Shown: piece after piece, positions 28,044 through 36,941 of the stretch
Position numbering within the stretch: the first letter of the stretch is position 1
How the letters are laid out: every line of letters begins with the position of its first letter
Virus record (IMG/VR): IMGVR_UViG_3300032030_000015
Span: 64,001 to 128,000 of that record
Direction: 5' to 3' (one strand)
DNA length: 64,000 bases
Source of the DNA: a virus
Taxonomy: Duplodnaviria; Caudoviricetes
Made by a program: the position numbers and the translations under genes
Notes under the pieces: generated by a model
The model's input: only the letters and a program-made list of their open reading frames with translations
Databases searched by the model: none
Told to the model about the DNA's origin: nothing

Positions 28044-29207
28044 CTATTTCCCCAGCCCGTTCACCCGCTCGTAAACGTCGCGCAGTTCGTTGGGGATGAT
28101 GATGCCCAGGGCGGCTATGCGCTTCGACTCGGCCAGCTTCCACGCTTCGAGGTCGGCGGTCAGCTGCTGGTGGCGCTCCTTCTCGGCGGCGGCCCAGGCG
28201 TTGTACTCGGCCTGCAGCTCGCTGTGCTTGCGGCGCTCCTCCAGGATGTAGTTGTTCAGCTTGTCGCGCAGCACCGACATCTCGCGGTTGAAGTCCTCCG
28301 TGGCCTTCTGCCATTCGGCAGCCTTCGCCTGCTTGTCGGCCTCGATGGTGCGGTCGCGCTCGGCCAGCATGCCGTTCAGCTCGGCCTGCAGGGCGCGGTG
28401 CTCGGCAGCCAGGCGGAAGAACATGCCATCGACGTACTCCTGCGACACCGAGGGCGTGAACTCAATCATCATCGTCTGCGTCCCCTCGCCTGTGGTGCCC
28501 ACGGGGTTGGCGATGACGTGGCGCAAGTTCCTGCGCTCAGTGGCCAGCTTGCCGTCGTCGTGGATGAACTTGCCGATGACGGCAGCCTTCGCCTCCAGGA
28601 GCAACATGCGGTTGCGGTCCTTCACCGACAGCGTGGCCATGTACTCGTCCTCGGTCATCGCCGCCTTCTGCTTCACCTCGGCAGGCATCTTCAGGCCAGC
28701 CTTCAAGCAGAACAGCTGTATCTGATTGTACCCGAAAGCCACCATCGGATTCAGCGACTTCTTCACGTCGGGGAACTTGCCGTCGATGTCGGGCACCTCA
28801 TAGCCGCGCTCCTTCATCCACGTGTCGATGTTCGTGTCTACCTTCGGCACCTCCGCGCCGCCCAGCACCTCCTTGCAGTACGTCGCCAGCGTCGTCTGCT
28901 TCACCTCCGCCAGCAGCCGCTCGCGGGCCTTGATGGCCTCGCGCAGCCATGCTATCAGCGCATGCGCCTCGCCGATGTACGCCAGGCTGTCATACGTCTT
29001 GTCCAGCTGCTCCGCCGTGTTGCCCACCTTGCTCTGCTTCGGCTCGCCGCCGCTCAGCAGGCACACCTTCGTGCCGTAGAAACTCACCCCCGACAGCTCG
29101 TCGGCCAGGTTCTTCACACTCTCCTTCGCCATGTTCGCCACATGGTTCGCGCTCGTCGAGGTCAGTCCAGCCTCGCCAAAATAAATGTAGTCTGATTTCA
29201 TATTCAC
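28044..29207 (-). CDS. coiled-coil protein of unknown function, upstream of the ncRNA and rtcB
   Basis: 387 aa; N-terminal YFGEAGLTSTSANHVANMAKE; long Ala/Glu-rich heptads. Confidence 0.8.
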   Translation of the reverse strand: MNMKSDYIYFGEAGLTSTSANHVANMAKESVKNLADELSGVSFYGTKVCLLSGGEPKQSKVGNTAEQLDKTYDSLAYIGEAHALIAWLREAIKARERLLAEVKQTTLATYCKEVLGGAEVPKVDTNIDTWMKERGYEVPDIDGKFPDVKKSLNPMVAFGYNQIQLFCLKAGLKMPAEVKQKAAMTEDEYMATLSVKDRNRMLLLEAKAAVIGKFIHDDGKLATERRNLRHVIANPVGTTGEGTQTMMIEFTPSVSQEYVDGMFFRLAAEHRALQAELNGMLAERDRTIEADKQAKAAEWQKATEDFNREMSVLRDKLNNYILEERRKHSELQAEYNAWAAAEKERHQQLTADLEAWKLAESKRIAALGIIIPNELRDVYERVNGLGK

Positions 29208-29235
29208 CTATTTATTTCTAATTACACTATCTGTC

Positions 29236-29545
29236 TCATCCCAGCAGCAGCCGCAGGGCGAACTTCGCGTTTCCGGCGTCGCCTATGCGCAGCACCTCGT
29301 CGTACACCCGTTCCAGGCTTCGGGGATTCACGTTCTTGAACTTGTTCATCTCCGGCACGGTCAGCCTGTGCCCGGCCACCGTCGCAATCTTGAACAGCAT
29401 CGCCGTGCGGCTCAGTCCGTTGCCCCGAAAAACGGGGCGAGCCTGCTTCTGCTCGGCATAGCCGGTGCCAGCACCGCTCTGCTCTCGCTTGCCCGCAGCC
29501 TTGCCGCTGAACCTCGTCGGGGGGGGGTAATTTCGTCGTTCTCAT
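29236..29545 (-). CDS. small protein interrupted by a C9 tract (frameshifted)
   Basis: With C8 reads MRTTKLPPPTRFSG...MLFKIATVAGHRLTVPEMNKFKNVNPRSLERVYDEVLRIGD...LLLG*. Confidence 0.6.
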
Positions 29546-29573
29546 AATCGTGTAGCTTTTATTGTTTCACCGC

Positions 29574-30041
29574 TTAATCATTCAGACATTTCAGAATAGA
29601 ATTAAGCAAATCCATGAATGTTCTTTTATGCACTGTGGTAGCCATGTGCTGACGCTCGGCCTCAGACAGCATTCCCTCAATTTTTCTCTTGGCGTTTTCC
29701 TGCCGCTTCTGCAGCATCTCAATCTCCTGGGCATACGTCGCGATGCGCTTGTCGCAGTCCTGGCGCGTCTGCTCCATGCGCTCGCGGAACGCCCTGCCCT
29801 GCTCCTCCAGCTCCGCATCCTTGTCACGGATGCGCTCACGCAGGTTCTCCACCAGCTGCTGCTGGCTGGCTGCACTCTTCTTGGCAGTCTCCCACTTCTC
29901 CAGGGCACTGTAGTACATCTCGTTCAGCCCGCGCACATTCTCGCCGGCCTTCTCCAGCTTCTCCTTCAAGTCCGCCACCTCCTCGGCAAACGGATTGCGG
30001 CCACGGATGACCAACACCAGGTTCTTGAAATATTGCTTCAT
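29574..30041 (-). CDS. coiled-coil hypothetical protein
   Basis: 155-aa ORF. Confidence 0.7.
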   Translation of the reverse strand: MKQYFKNLVLVIRGRNPFAEEVADLKEKLEKAGENVRGLNEMYYSALEKWETAKKSAASQQQLVENLRERIRDKDAELEEQGRAFRERMEQTRQDCDKRIATYAQEIEMLQKRQENAKRKIEGMLSEAERQHMATTVHKRTFMDLLNSILKCLND

Positions 30042-30053
30042 AGTCCGCCGCGA

Positions 30054-30272
30054 TTATTTGTTACGGGTAATCCTGACCTTGACCGACGTGCTGCCGTCCA
30101 CCGTCCGCTCCGAGCGCGGCACCTTGTTCACCGTGAACTCCATGTCGTGGTCCTTCATCGACGTGGCCTGCACGCGCACCGACTTCAGCTTCCGCCTGTC
30201 GGCCAGCGTGAAGGTGCGGCTCTGCCCCACCCGCATCCTGTTGAAATCCTCAACTGTAACTGTCTCTCGCAT
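30054..30272 (-). CDS. small basic protein, first gene of the early leftward operon (Cro-position)
   Basis: 72-aa ORF divergent from the repressor-like gene. Confidence 0.6.
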   Translation of the reverse strand: MRETVTVEDFNRMRVGQSRTFTLADRRKLKSVRVQATSMKDHDMEFTVNKVPRSERTVDGSTSVKVRITRNK

Positions 30273-30328
30273 TTCTTTAATATTCTTAATTCTTCGTTAC
30301 GTTTCACCCAAAAGCGGGAGAAAAGCCT

Positions 30329-30470
30329 TACCTTTGCATCTGCTACAATGACAACAGGCGACGCAACGCTTTCCGCTGAAAGGCGCTCTTCAAGCGTCCG
30401 CAGGCTCTATCTGTCCGCTATGCCCGGCATTAACTAATTAATTAATTAACACGTCGGGAGTGCAAAGATA
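30329..30470. promoter_or_regulatory. face-to-face promoters of the immunity switch
   Basis: TACCTTTG (+, 30329-30336) pointing to the repressor and TATCTTTG (-, 30463-30470) pointing to the early operon. Confidence 0.6.
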
Positions 30471-30552
30471 AGAAATAATGTTGTAACGCCGTAATGTTGC
30501 GTAAATAATTTAAGAGATTTTTAGATTTTAGTTATAACAAAACATCAACATT

Positions 30553-31149
30553 ATGGAAGAAAAGAAGAAAGAACAGACCAGACTGGCACGTGTGTTACGC
30601 CATCTCCGGATGCAGGGAAAAATCAGTAGTGACAAGGACTTTGCCGACAAGGTAGGCACGACTGCAACCACCGTTTCGCGCAATAAGAACAGCGGCAACC
30701 CGTTCGACGAGAAAATCATGCGCGGCGTCTACAAGGCGTTCGGCGACATCATCAACATCGACTACTTGCGTGGCGAGAGCGACATCATGCTGGTGAAGGA
30801 CTTGCCGTCCGGCAAGGATGCGAATGCCAATCCGCAGGAAACAACCCCGCTACATCCCGATTGCAACGGCTTGATAAGCGTCGCCCTCGCCGCCAAGGAT
30901 GAAGTCATTGACACCCTGAAGCGCCAACTTGCCGGCACGATTGCCGCCAAGGACGAGACCATCGCCGTCCAGAAGTGCGAGCTGGCCGCCAAGGACGAGA
31001 TTATTGCCACAAAGGATGCCCTTATCAAGAACCTCCAGCAGACAGTCTCCTCTCTCCGAGCCGACCTGTCGATGGAAAAAGGGCTCTCGACTGGTACTTC
31101 CCTGTCGGCACCTGCTGACACAAATCCGCGTCCTCGTAAGAACGTGTAG
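30553..31149 (+). CDS. CI-like Xre HTH repressor with coiled-coil C-terminus
   Basis: SDKDFADKVGTTATTVSR HTH, INIDYLRGE; repeated AAKDE(V/T/I)I heptads. Confidence 0.72.
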   Translation: MEEKKKEQTRLARVLRHLRMQGKISSDKDFADKVGTTATTVSRNKNSGNPFDEKIMRGVYKAFGDIINIDYLRGESDIMLVKDLPSGKDANANPQETTPLHPDCNGLISVALAAKDEVIDTLKRQLAGTIAAKDETIAVQKCELAAKDEIIATKDALIKNLQQTVSSLRADLSMEKGLSTGTSLSAPADTNPRPRKNV

Positions 31150-31236
31150 TCCACACCGTAAAGCGAAGTCAGCATCCAGTCACATCCGGCAGGATGCAGT
31201 CCTCGCGTGCGCGTACAATATATAGTGTGTAGGCGG

Positions 31237-32304
31237 CTACCCCTCTAATGCCAACGTCACGGTGAAGTCCACGTGCGGCATCTGCTGCTTCGTCTTGTCG
31301 TAGATGCTGATGCTTTTCTTCGCCGGCTCCACGATGACGGGTACGTAGGCGGCGGTCGTCTGCCCCGGTCCCTTGTACTTCATCCAGTGTCTTTTCCGCT
31401 TGCCGCCCAGGAACTCCATCGCCCACCATTCTGCCCACTCACGGGTGACATAGCCAGAGGACATCTGCCACGAGCGGCGGACGTCAGTGCCGATGGCCAT
31501 CAGCGAGCGCGACGGGCGGAACGTCGGGCGCTCCACACGGCTGTACTGCTTCATGTCTACGTCTATCTGCATCGCCTCCTTTGTCATGCCGCTGCACGTC
31601 TCGATGGCTCCCCGACGGTTCAGGAAGAGGAAGTCCACGTACTCCTGACTGTCGCGCAGCACCATCGGCGCATGTGCCGACTGACTGTCCTCACCCGCCG
31701 TTGCCGTCGCAGGATAGAACACGCTCCGGGTACCGTCGTTGCTCACGTCCACCCACGACGTGATGCTGCTCTTCCCCACCCTCTCCGGCGACTCCGTTGG
31801 CTTGGTCGAAGCGTCGCCGTAGCGCAGGTTCTCATGCTCGCGGTACGACACGTCGGCATCGGCATTCGTTGGTATGATGCTCCGCTCCCACTCCGTGAAG
31901 CTGCCGAGGGCGCACTGGCCGCCTGTAAAGGTTCCGATGCTGGTCCGGGTGAACTCGCCGTCGGTGCTGTCGAGATACTCCGTGAATACCTCTATCGAGT
32001 ACGATCGGTAACGGCGGCTGACTGATGTCGTGCCGTTGGCCGCCGTCACCTCCGCCGAGAAGTCATAGTCGGCCCATATCGCCATGAGCGCCGACTTGAT
32101 ATCAAACGTGACCGTGGTCTGTCCGCCCGTGTCCTCATGGAACTCACCCACCTTCCTGCCGTTATAGTACACATACACGCGGACAATGGTAAAAGGGCTG
32201 GTGACTGGCTCGCCCCACTCCAGTCCGCTGATAGTAATCACCACCGGCGAACCGGCAAAGTACGTATGTCCGCTACCGAACATCCCTGAAATCGTTACTG
32301 CCAT
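31237..32304 (-). CDS. putative virion structural (tail-associated) protein
   Basis: 355 aa, beta-rich; preceded by the late promoter motif. Confidence 0.6.
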   Translation of the reverse strand: MAVTISGMFGSGHTYFAGSPVVITISGLEWGEPVTSPFTIVRVYVYYNGRKVGEFHEDTGGQTTVTFDIKSALMAIWADYDFSAEVTAANGTTSVSRRYRSYSIEVFTEYLDSTDGEFTRTSIGTFTGGQCALGSFTEWERSIIPTNADADVSYREHENLRYGDASTKPTESPERVGKSSITSWVDVSNDGTRSVFYPATATAGEDSQSAHAPMVLRDSQEYVDFLFLNRRGAIETCSGMTKEAMQIDVDMKQYSRVERPTFRPSRSLMAIGTDVRRSWQMSSGYVTREWAEWWAMEFLGGKRKRHWMKYKGPGQTTAAYVPVIVEPAKKSISIYDKTKQQMPHVDFTVTLALEG

Positions 32305-32319
32305 ATCGCTTTTTTGTCA

Positions 32320-32355
32320 GCAAGATACCGCGCTGAGGGCAGAAAATCAAGGGCA
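32320..32355 (-). promoter_or_regulatory. phage late promoter motif copy 1
   Basis: TGCCCTTGATT-N17-TATCTTGC. Confidence 0.75.
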
Positions 32356-32429
32356 GACGAGTGCGAGAAAAGAGCGCAACACAATAAATCGCCACACAAT
32401 TCCGTTATAACATAAAAGCTACAACAAAC

Positions 32430-33425
32430 ATGAAAACAAAAACATTCCTTTCCGCAAGCCGCCTGGCAGTGCTGATGCTTGTATGTGTGTTTACGTTCGG
32501 TTTTGCAGGCTGTGGTGGTGATGACGACGAACCAACAGGACAACCGAAAGAAAAGTCTATTGACGAGTTGCTGTCCAATGAGACAACCCCAATAGATTTT
32601 AAGTTTAGCGAATATTTATATGACTGGGATCAGTTTATTTTGTTTGATTATGCGGGAAACAACTATGTCGGTACAGACACTATTGTCAGAGGATCCCGAT
32701 ATACGCTTGACCTACGACAAGGTAAGCATAGCTTGTTATGGATTTTTGGTTTAGATAATAACGATTATCTTAATCAGTATTGGAAAAACGCTGATGATAT
32801 GTTTTATGCGGGTGTCCACTACAATCCGGAGAATAAATCATTTTCAGTATATGACAAATACGCAAGTCCTGGAAAGGTTAAATACTGCGAAAAGGAATTG
32901 GAGATAACGCCATATTTGATGGCAGCACAACAGATAGAGTTCACTAACTATGTTGCCGGAAGCGTACAAATTATAGTTACTGATATACCAAAAGGGACAG
33001 CAATGCCAGAATGGATTGAAGATGCTCACGGCTGGGATTGGGTGAAGATTGGTAAAGTGACAGGCATACCATCCATCAAAACAGTTTTCTTGAAGAACAA
33101 TGACTATAGGTTGCAGGAGAAAGTTTCTGTAGATATGTTTCTTCAAGTTGACACGGAACACAGATGGAGTAATCAGCGCGACGAGAGTGCCCGCGATGAA
33201 GGGTTGGAGATAAATTCGCTATATTCCACAACACTCTGCCCTCTCAGTGGTCTTGACAACATTCAATTAGGTGTTGATGTCTGGGACGTTAATGGGAATC
33301 TCCTTCCGACCAATTCATTGCCAACTTTTAATATGCGACGTGGCTACGTCACAACGTTGCGCGGCCCTCTTTTCTCCGGTTCGACATCCGACTGGACGGT
33401 TAAGATGGAACCGTATGACAATTAA
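32430..33425 (+). CDS. third FimB/Mfa2-like lipoprotein (low-GC moron)
   Basis: Lipobox FAG-C; C-terminal FNMRRGYVTTLRGPLF; opposite strand to flanking tail genes. Confidence 0.65.
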   Translation: MKTKTFLSASRLAVLMLVCVFTFGFAGCGGDDDEPTGQPKEKSIDELLSNETTPIDFKFSEYLYDWDQFILFDYAGNNYVGTDTIVRGSRYTLDLRQGKHSLLWIFGLDNNDYLNQYWKNADDMFYAGVHYNPENKSFSVYDKYASPGKVKYCEKELEITPYLMAAQQIEFTNYVAGSVQIIVTDIPKGTAMPEWIEDAHGWDWVKIGKVTGIPSIKTVFLKNNDYRLQEKVSVDMFLQVDTEHRWSNQRDESARDEGLEINSLYSTTLCPLSGLDNIQLGVDVWDVNGNLLPTNSLPTFNMRRGYVTTLRGPLFSGSTSDWTVKMEPYDN

Positions 33426-33427
33426 TG

Positions 33428-36400
33428 TCAGATGTACATCATCTGCATCGTCACGTTGCCCAGCCCCGTCTCGTTGCTGATGTCGTACTCCATCTCGTTG
33501 ATGAATCCCGTCACGTCGCCCACCGTCGCCCTCACCGTGTCGTCGATGCTGAGCAGCTGCGCCAGCTCCATGCGCACCGGCAGGTTGACGATGCGGGCAT
33601 TGCGCACCCAGTAGCTATACTCCTTGTAGAACTGGTCGCACAAGCCACGACCCTGCAGGTTCTTGTTGGTGATTTCTAGATAGCGGCGGTTGCTGTTGCT
33701 CTCCGGTTGTTTTGGATTGAAGTACGGATTGGGCTTCTCCGCACGCAGTTTCAGCGAGAAGCGACCGTATCTGGAATCTTCACCATCGTTATTCAGATAT
33801 AGAGCCTCCGTCGAGCCGCCGTAGGCAATACGGCAGAGGGACATAAGTGTGCTTGCACGCGACGCATTGCCGTCCAGTTCTATTATTAGATTCCGTAACC
33901 CGTTATATCCTTCAGCGTCTGCTGCCATAATGTCTGCAATGGATTTTCCCTGCAGGCTGTTTAAGTAGACATAGAAATCCCTCCACGACACTTGACCACT
34001 ATTGCTGTAGCTTGTAGCGAACAACGCATGATGATACTTGCCGTCATCGCTGCTGAATACAAGTTCTCCGTATGCGTAGGTGAGATAGCCTTTACTGTTG
34101 TCGTAGAATGGCGCATGGCTGTTTGGCCACAGTTCAACCAACTTTGCTATTGCCTGTGCTGGAGTAGATATGATTGTTGCTGATGATATGCCAGGCTGAT
34201 TGCCGTTATAGTCCCACTCGTTCCCATAATTGTCGCAGGTGTCGGGATGTGCCGTCACGCTACTGCCAGCCATAATATCCCATGTATCATTCTTCTCTCC
34301 GTCGTCGGGGTCAGCCGTGTAGTTTACGTAGGCGTCGCTGCCGCTGCCGCGCATGATGCCGAGCGTCAGGCCCCAGTCCTTCGTTTCAATAGGAGATATG
34401 CCATCGTCGTTCGGCTCAAAGTTGTCCTGCAGGTACAGGCGGTAGCCCTCGTTGATATGGCCGGCAATGTGCAAGTCGGTAACCTGGCATTTGGCGACGT
34501 GATAGGTCCAGTCCATAAAACCTTCGTAATCAATCTTGTAAGTAAACGACAACTCCGTACTTAATCCTGTCCTTTCTGCATACATATCAGAAGTGATGGC
34601 AAATGAACCTGGCTGCACGACACTGTCGTTTACCATTTTTTTGCCAGAACCACTGGGGCCATGTAGTTCATACAGTTTCTCAACGCTATATACCGCATCG
34701 GAATCATCATAATCTTTTCCGTCTTGCAAATCCGGCCTGCGCGGACGCATCGTTTCGTCCACGAACAGCGCGAACCGCTGATTCTTCGTTCTGTTCTCGC
34801 CACGCTGATTCTCGTAGTTCACGTCGTTCATGATGGCTGGCGTAAATCCCACGTTGACGGTCTTGATGGTCTCGTCCTCGCCGGTGCAGTCTCCGTCTTC
34901 CGCGTCCATGAAGTCGGCACATCCGAATAGCGACGGATGCAGCTCGTCATAGCGCTTGGCATCCTTGTCCACCTTGATGACGTAGGCATCGCCAGTCCAG
35001 TTGTCCACATAGCAGGTTTTGTCGAAGGCCGATACCTTATCCAACAGGTCTTCATACTTCGCATCAAGGTTCCAGTGTGAGTAGTCATGCTTGTCGCTGT
35101 CGTCCACAAAGTACGGCTTCTTGTGTGGCAGTTTGTCGGCAAAACCCTTGTAGTAGAAGTGCGTGTCCTCGCTTTCGCCGTAGGTCATGCGGAAGCCGCG
35201 TATCGAGTTCTCAGTCTTCGTCGGCTCGCCCACGATATCGCACTGAATAGTCTGCACCTCTGTACTACGGAAGATGTTCCTCAGCAGTACGATGCGCACC
35301 CGCTTGTAGTCTTCGCTGAACAGCAGGCGCACGCCGAAGCCACTCTCCAGTGCGCTAACCACCTCGCTGATGTCCACATTGGGAAAACACTCGCTGGTGG
35401 CGATGGCGTCGTGCAGGAAGATGTTCTTTGCAATACCTTTGTTCTGCCCGTTAATGCCGTCGTAATAAGCCCTGACGGCCTCGCTCATGCCAGCTATCTC
35501 TTTCACCTTAATATCTATACGCTCTATCTCCGGTATCTGGCTTGTCACATCGACGTCGTGCGTATAGTCAAAACCACTGATTGTAGTTGTCACCGTCTCA
35601 TACCACCGTCCAGCCGTGAATCCCTTGCACTCCAGTCCGCAGTCCTCAATCTTGGTAATCTTCTTCAGACCGTCGTATCGCTTGGTTGGTTTGTCGTTAC
35701 CGTACTTTTCGTCCTTCAAGTCGCCAAAATACTCCGCAACAAGGTTGCCGTCACTGCCAAACTGATACTTGCCCAGCGACCAGTCGTACTCTTGCGGATT
35801 GCGCAGCTTCTTCACTTCCTTGTATGCACAGTTGGTGTTCACGAAGAACAGCCGTCGCAGGTCCTCCACGTCCATCATCTGGTTCTCTTCCACGTAGATG
35901 CCCAGGTGCTTCATCAGCGCCCTCACCCAGTAGATGACAAAGAAGTTAGGTGCAGAGTTCACGCGGTTGGCGGGCATCACCTCGTAGCCGCGCTGTGCTG
36001 TCGGCTCACTGCTATAGTCATCGTAGGTCGTCTTGGTGCCGTTCTCTTCCCTCGTAACGGTGTACCCTGATTTCTGATAACACAGTGCCACGTTGCAGTA
36101 GGGGTGTGCGTCGTCATACGGATAGTCGGTGTTCAGACAGTCTATCTCCTCGTCATCTTCGCCCGTCTTCAGATTGTCAAACTTACCCTTTGGAAATACC
36201 ATGCGCGGATATTGCTGTACGGAGTTGCCTTCATCCTCACCGTCGTACATGAAAAAAGTCAGCTGCGGGTCTTCGTCGCCGACAATCGTCGGATGAACTT
36301 CGTGAGTTATGACGGTAGGATCAGATATGTCTCTGCCAGACATTGCCTTAGTCTTGAACTTGGCCGACGCCTCCAGTTTCACATTGACGCACGTCCACCT

Positions 36401-36829
36401 CTTTCTCCATAGCGCCACACCAAACCTGACATCCCCCATCATCGGCACCTGGTTGGCCTTGGCCCCCTCAATCATCTCCTCGAACGTTTTCTGCCCGCTC
36501 TCGAAGGTCACGTCCACGTTGCCGTCCCCGTCCACGTCCACCTCGTCGGCCAGCCGCAGGTAGCCCAGGTAGAGCGGCAGGCCCTCGGCCCAGATGCGGG
36601 CCTTGCGCTTGTTCATCTGCTCGTGCAGTCGCGAGCCGTGGATGTCACCCGCCGTGCCGAACAGGTGTGCGTTGGCAGGGATGTTCAGCGTGAACTCCTG
36701 CGAGAATACTGCGCCGCTGCCGAATATCTGCGACGTGCGGCGGATGTGGATGACGGTGTTCGGTGGCAGCGTGGCGAACTGCGAGCCGCTGCCTGTGAGG
36801 TCGAATACTTCTAATGCTAAGTGTTCCAT
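33428..36829 (-). CDS. large tail/baseplate-associated structural protein
   Basis: 1133 aa; N-terminal FSQEFTLNIPAN...GYLRL pattern typical of Bacteroidota siphovirus tail proteins. Confidence 0.6.
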   Translation of the reverse strand: MEHLALEVFDLTGSGSQFATLPPNTVIHIRRTSQIFGSGAVFSQEFTLNIPANAHLFGTAGDIHGSRLHEQMNKRKARIWAEGLPLYLGYLRLADEVDVDGDGNVDVTFESGQKTFEEMIEGAKANQVPMMGDVRFGVALWRKRWTCVNVKLEASAKFKTKAMSGRDISDPTVITHEVHPTIVGDEDPQLTFFMYDGEDEGNSVQQYPRMVFPKGKFDNLKTGEDDEEIDCLNTDYPYDDAHPYCNVALCYQKSGYTVTREENGTKTTYDDYSSEPTAQRGYEVMPANRVNSAPNFFVIYWVRALMKHLGIYVEENQMMDVEDLRRLFFVNTNCAYKEVKKLRNPQEYDWSLGKYQFGSDGNLVAEYFGDLKDEKYGNDKPTKRYDGLKKITKIEDCGLECKGFTAGRWYETVTTTISGFDYTHDVDVTSQIPEIERIDIKVKEIAGMSEAVRAYYDGINGQNKGIAKNIFLHDAIATSECFPNVDISEVVSALESGFGVRLLFSEDYKRVRIVLLRNIFRSTEVQTIQCDIVGEPTKTENSIRGFRMTYGESEDTHFYYKGFADKLPHKKPYFVDDSDKHDYSHWNLDAKYEDLLDKVSAFDKTCYVDNWTGDAYVIKVDKDAKRYDELHPSLFGCADFMDAEDGDCTGEDETIKTVNVGFTPAIMNDVNYENQRGENRTKNQRFALFVDETMRPRRPDLQDGKDYDDSDAVYSVEKLYELHGPSGSGKKMVNDSVVQPGSFAITSDMYAERTGLSTELSFTYKIDYEGFMDWTYHVAKCQVTDLHIAGHINEGYRLYLQDNFEPNDDGISPIETKDWGLTLGIMRGSGSDAYVNYTADPDDGEKNDTWDIMAGSSVTAHPDTCDNYGNEWDYNGNQPGISSATIISTPAQAIAKLVELWPNSHAPFYDNSKGYLTYAYGELVFSSDDGKYHHALFATSYSNSGQVSWRDFYVYLNSLQGKSIADIMAADAEGYNGLRNLIIELDGNASRASTLMSLCRIAYGGSTEALYLNNDGEDSRYGRFSLKLRAEKPNPYFNPKQPESNSNRRYLEITNKNLQGRGLCDQFYKEYSYWVRNARIVNLPVRMELAQLLSIDDTVRATVGDVTGFINEMEYDISNETGLGNVTMQMMYI

Positions 36830-36849
36830 AAGGGATAATTGTTTTTACC

Positions 36850-36929
36850 CCATAATACGGTGCGGCGTAATGAAAATCAAGGGCAAAACACCCTGCCCTT
36901 GATTTCTTTTTCTCCGATTTGTATATTGC
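36850..36929. promoter_or_regulatory. back-to-back late promoters (copies 2 and 3)
   Basis: Minus 36850-36885 TGCCCTTGATT-N17-TATTATGG; plus 36894-36929 TGCCCTTGATT-N17-TATATTGC. Confidence 0.75.
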
Positions 36930-36941
36930 GCAAAAAAAGAT

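Noticed and set aside
36872-36906. Invertase site or terminator at the inverted repeat
   Set aside because: Explained by two back-to-back copies of the late promoter motif; no recombinase nearby
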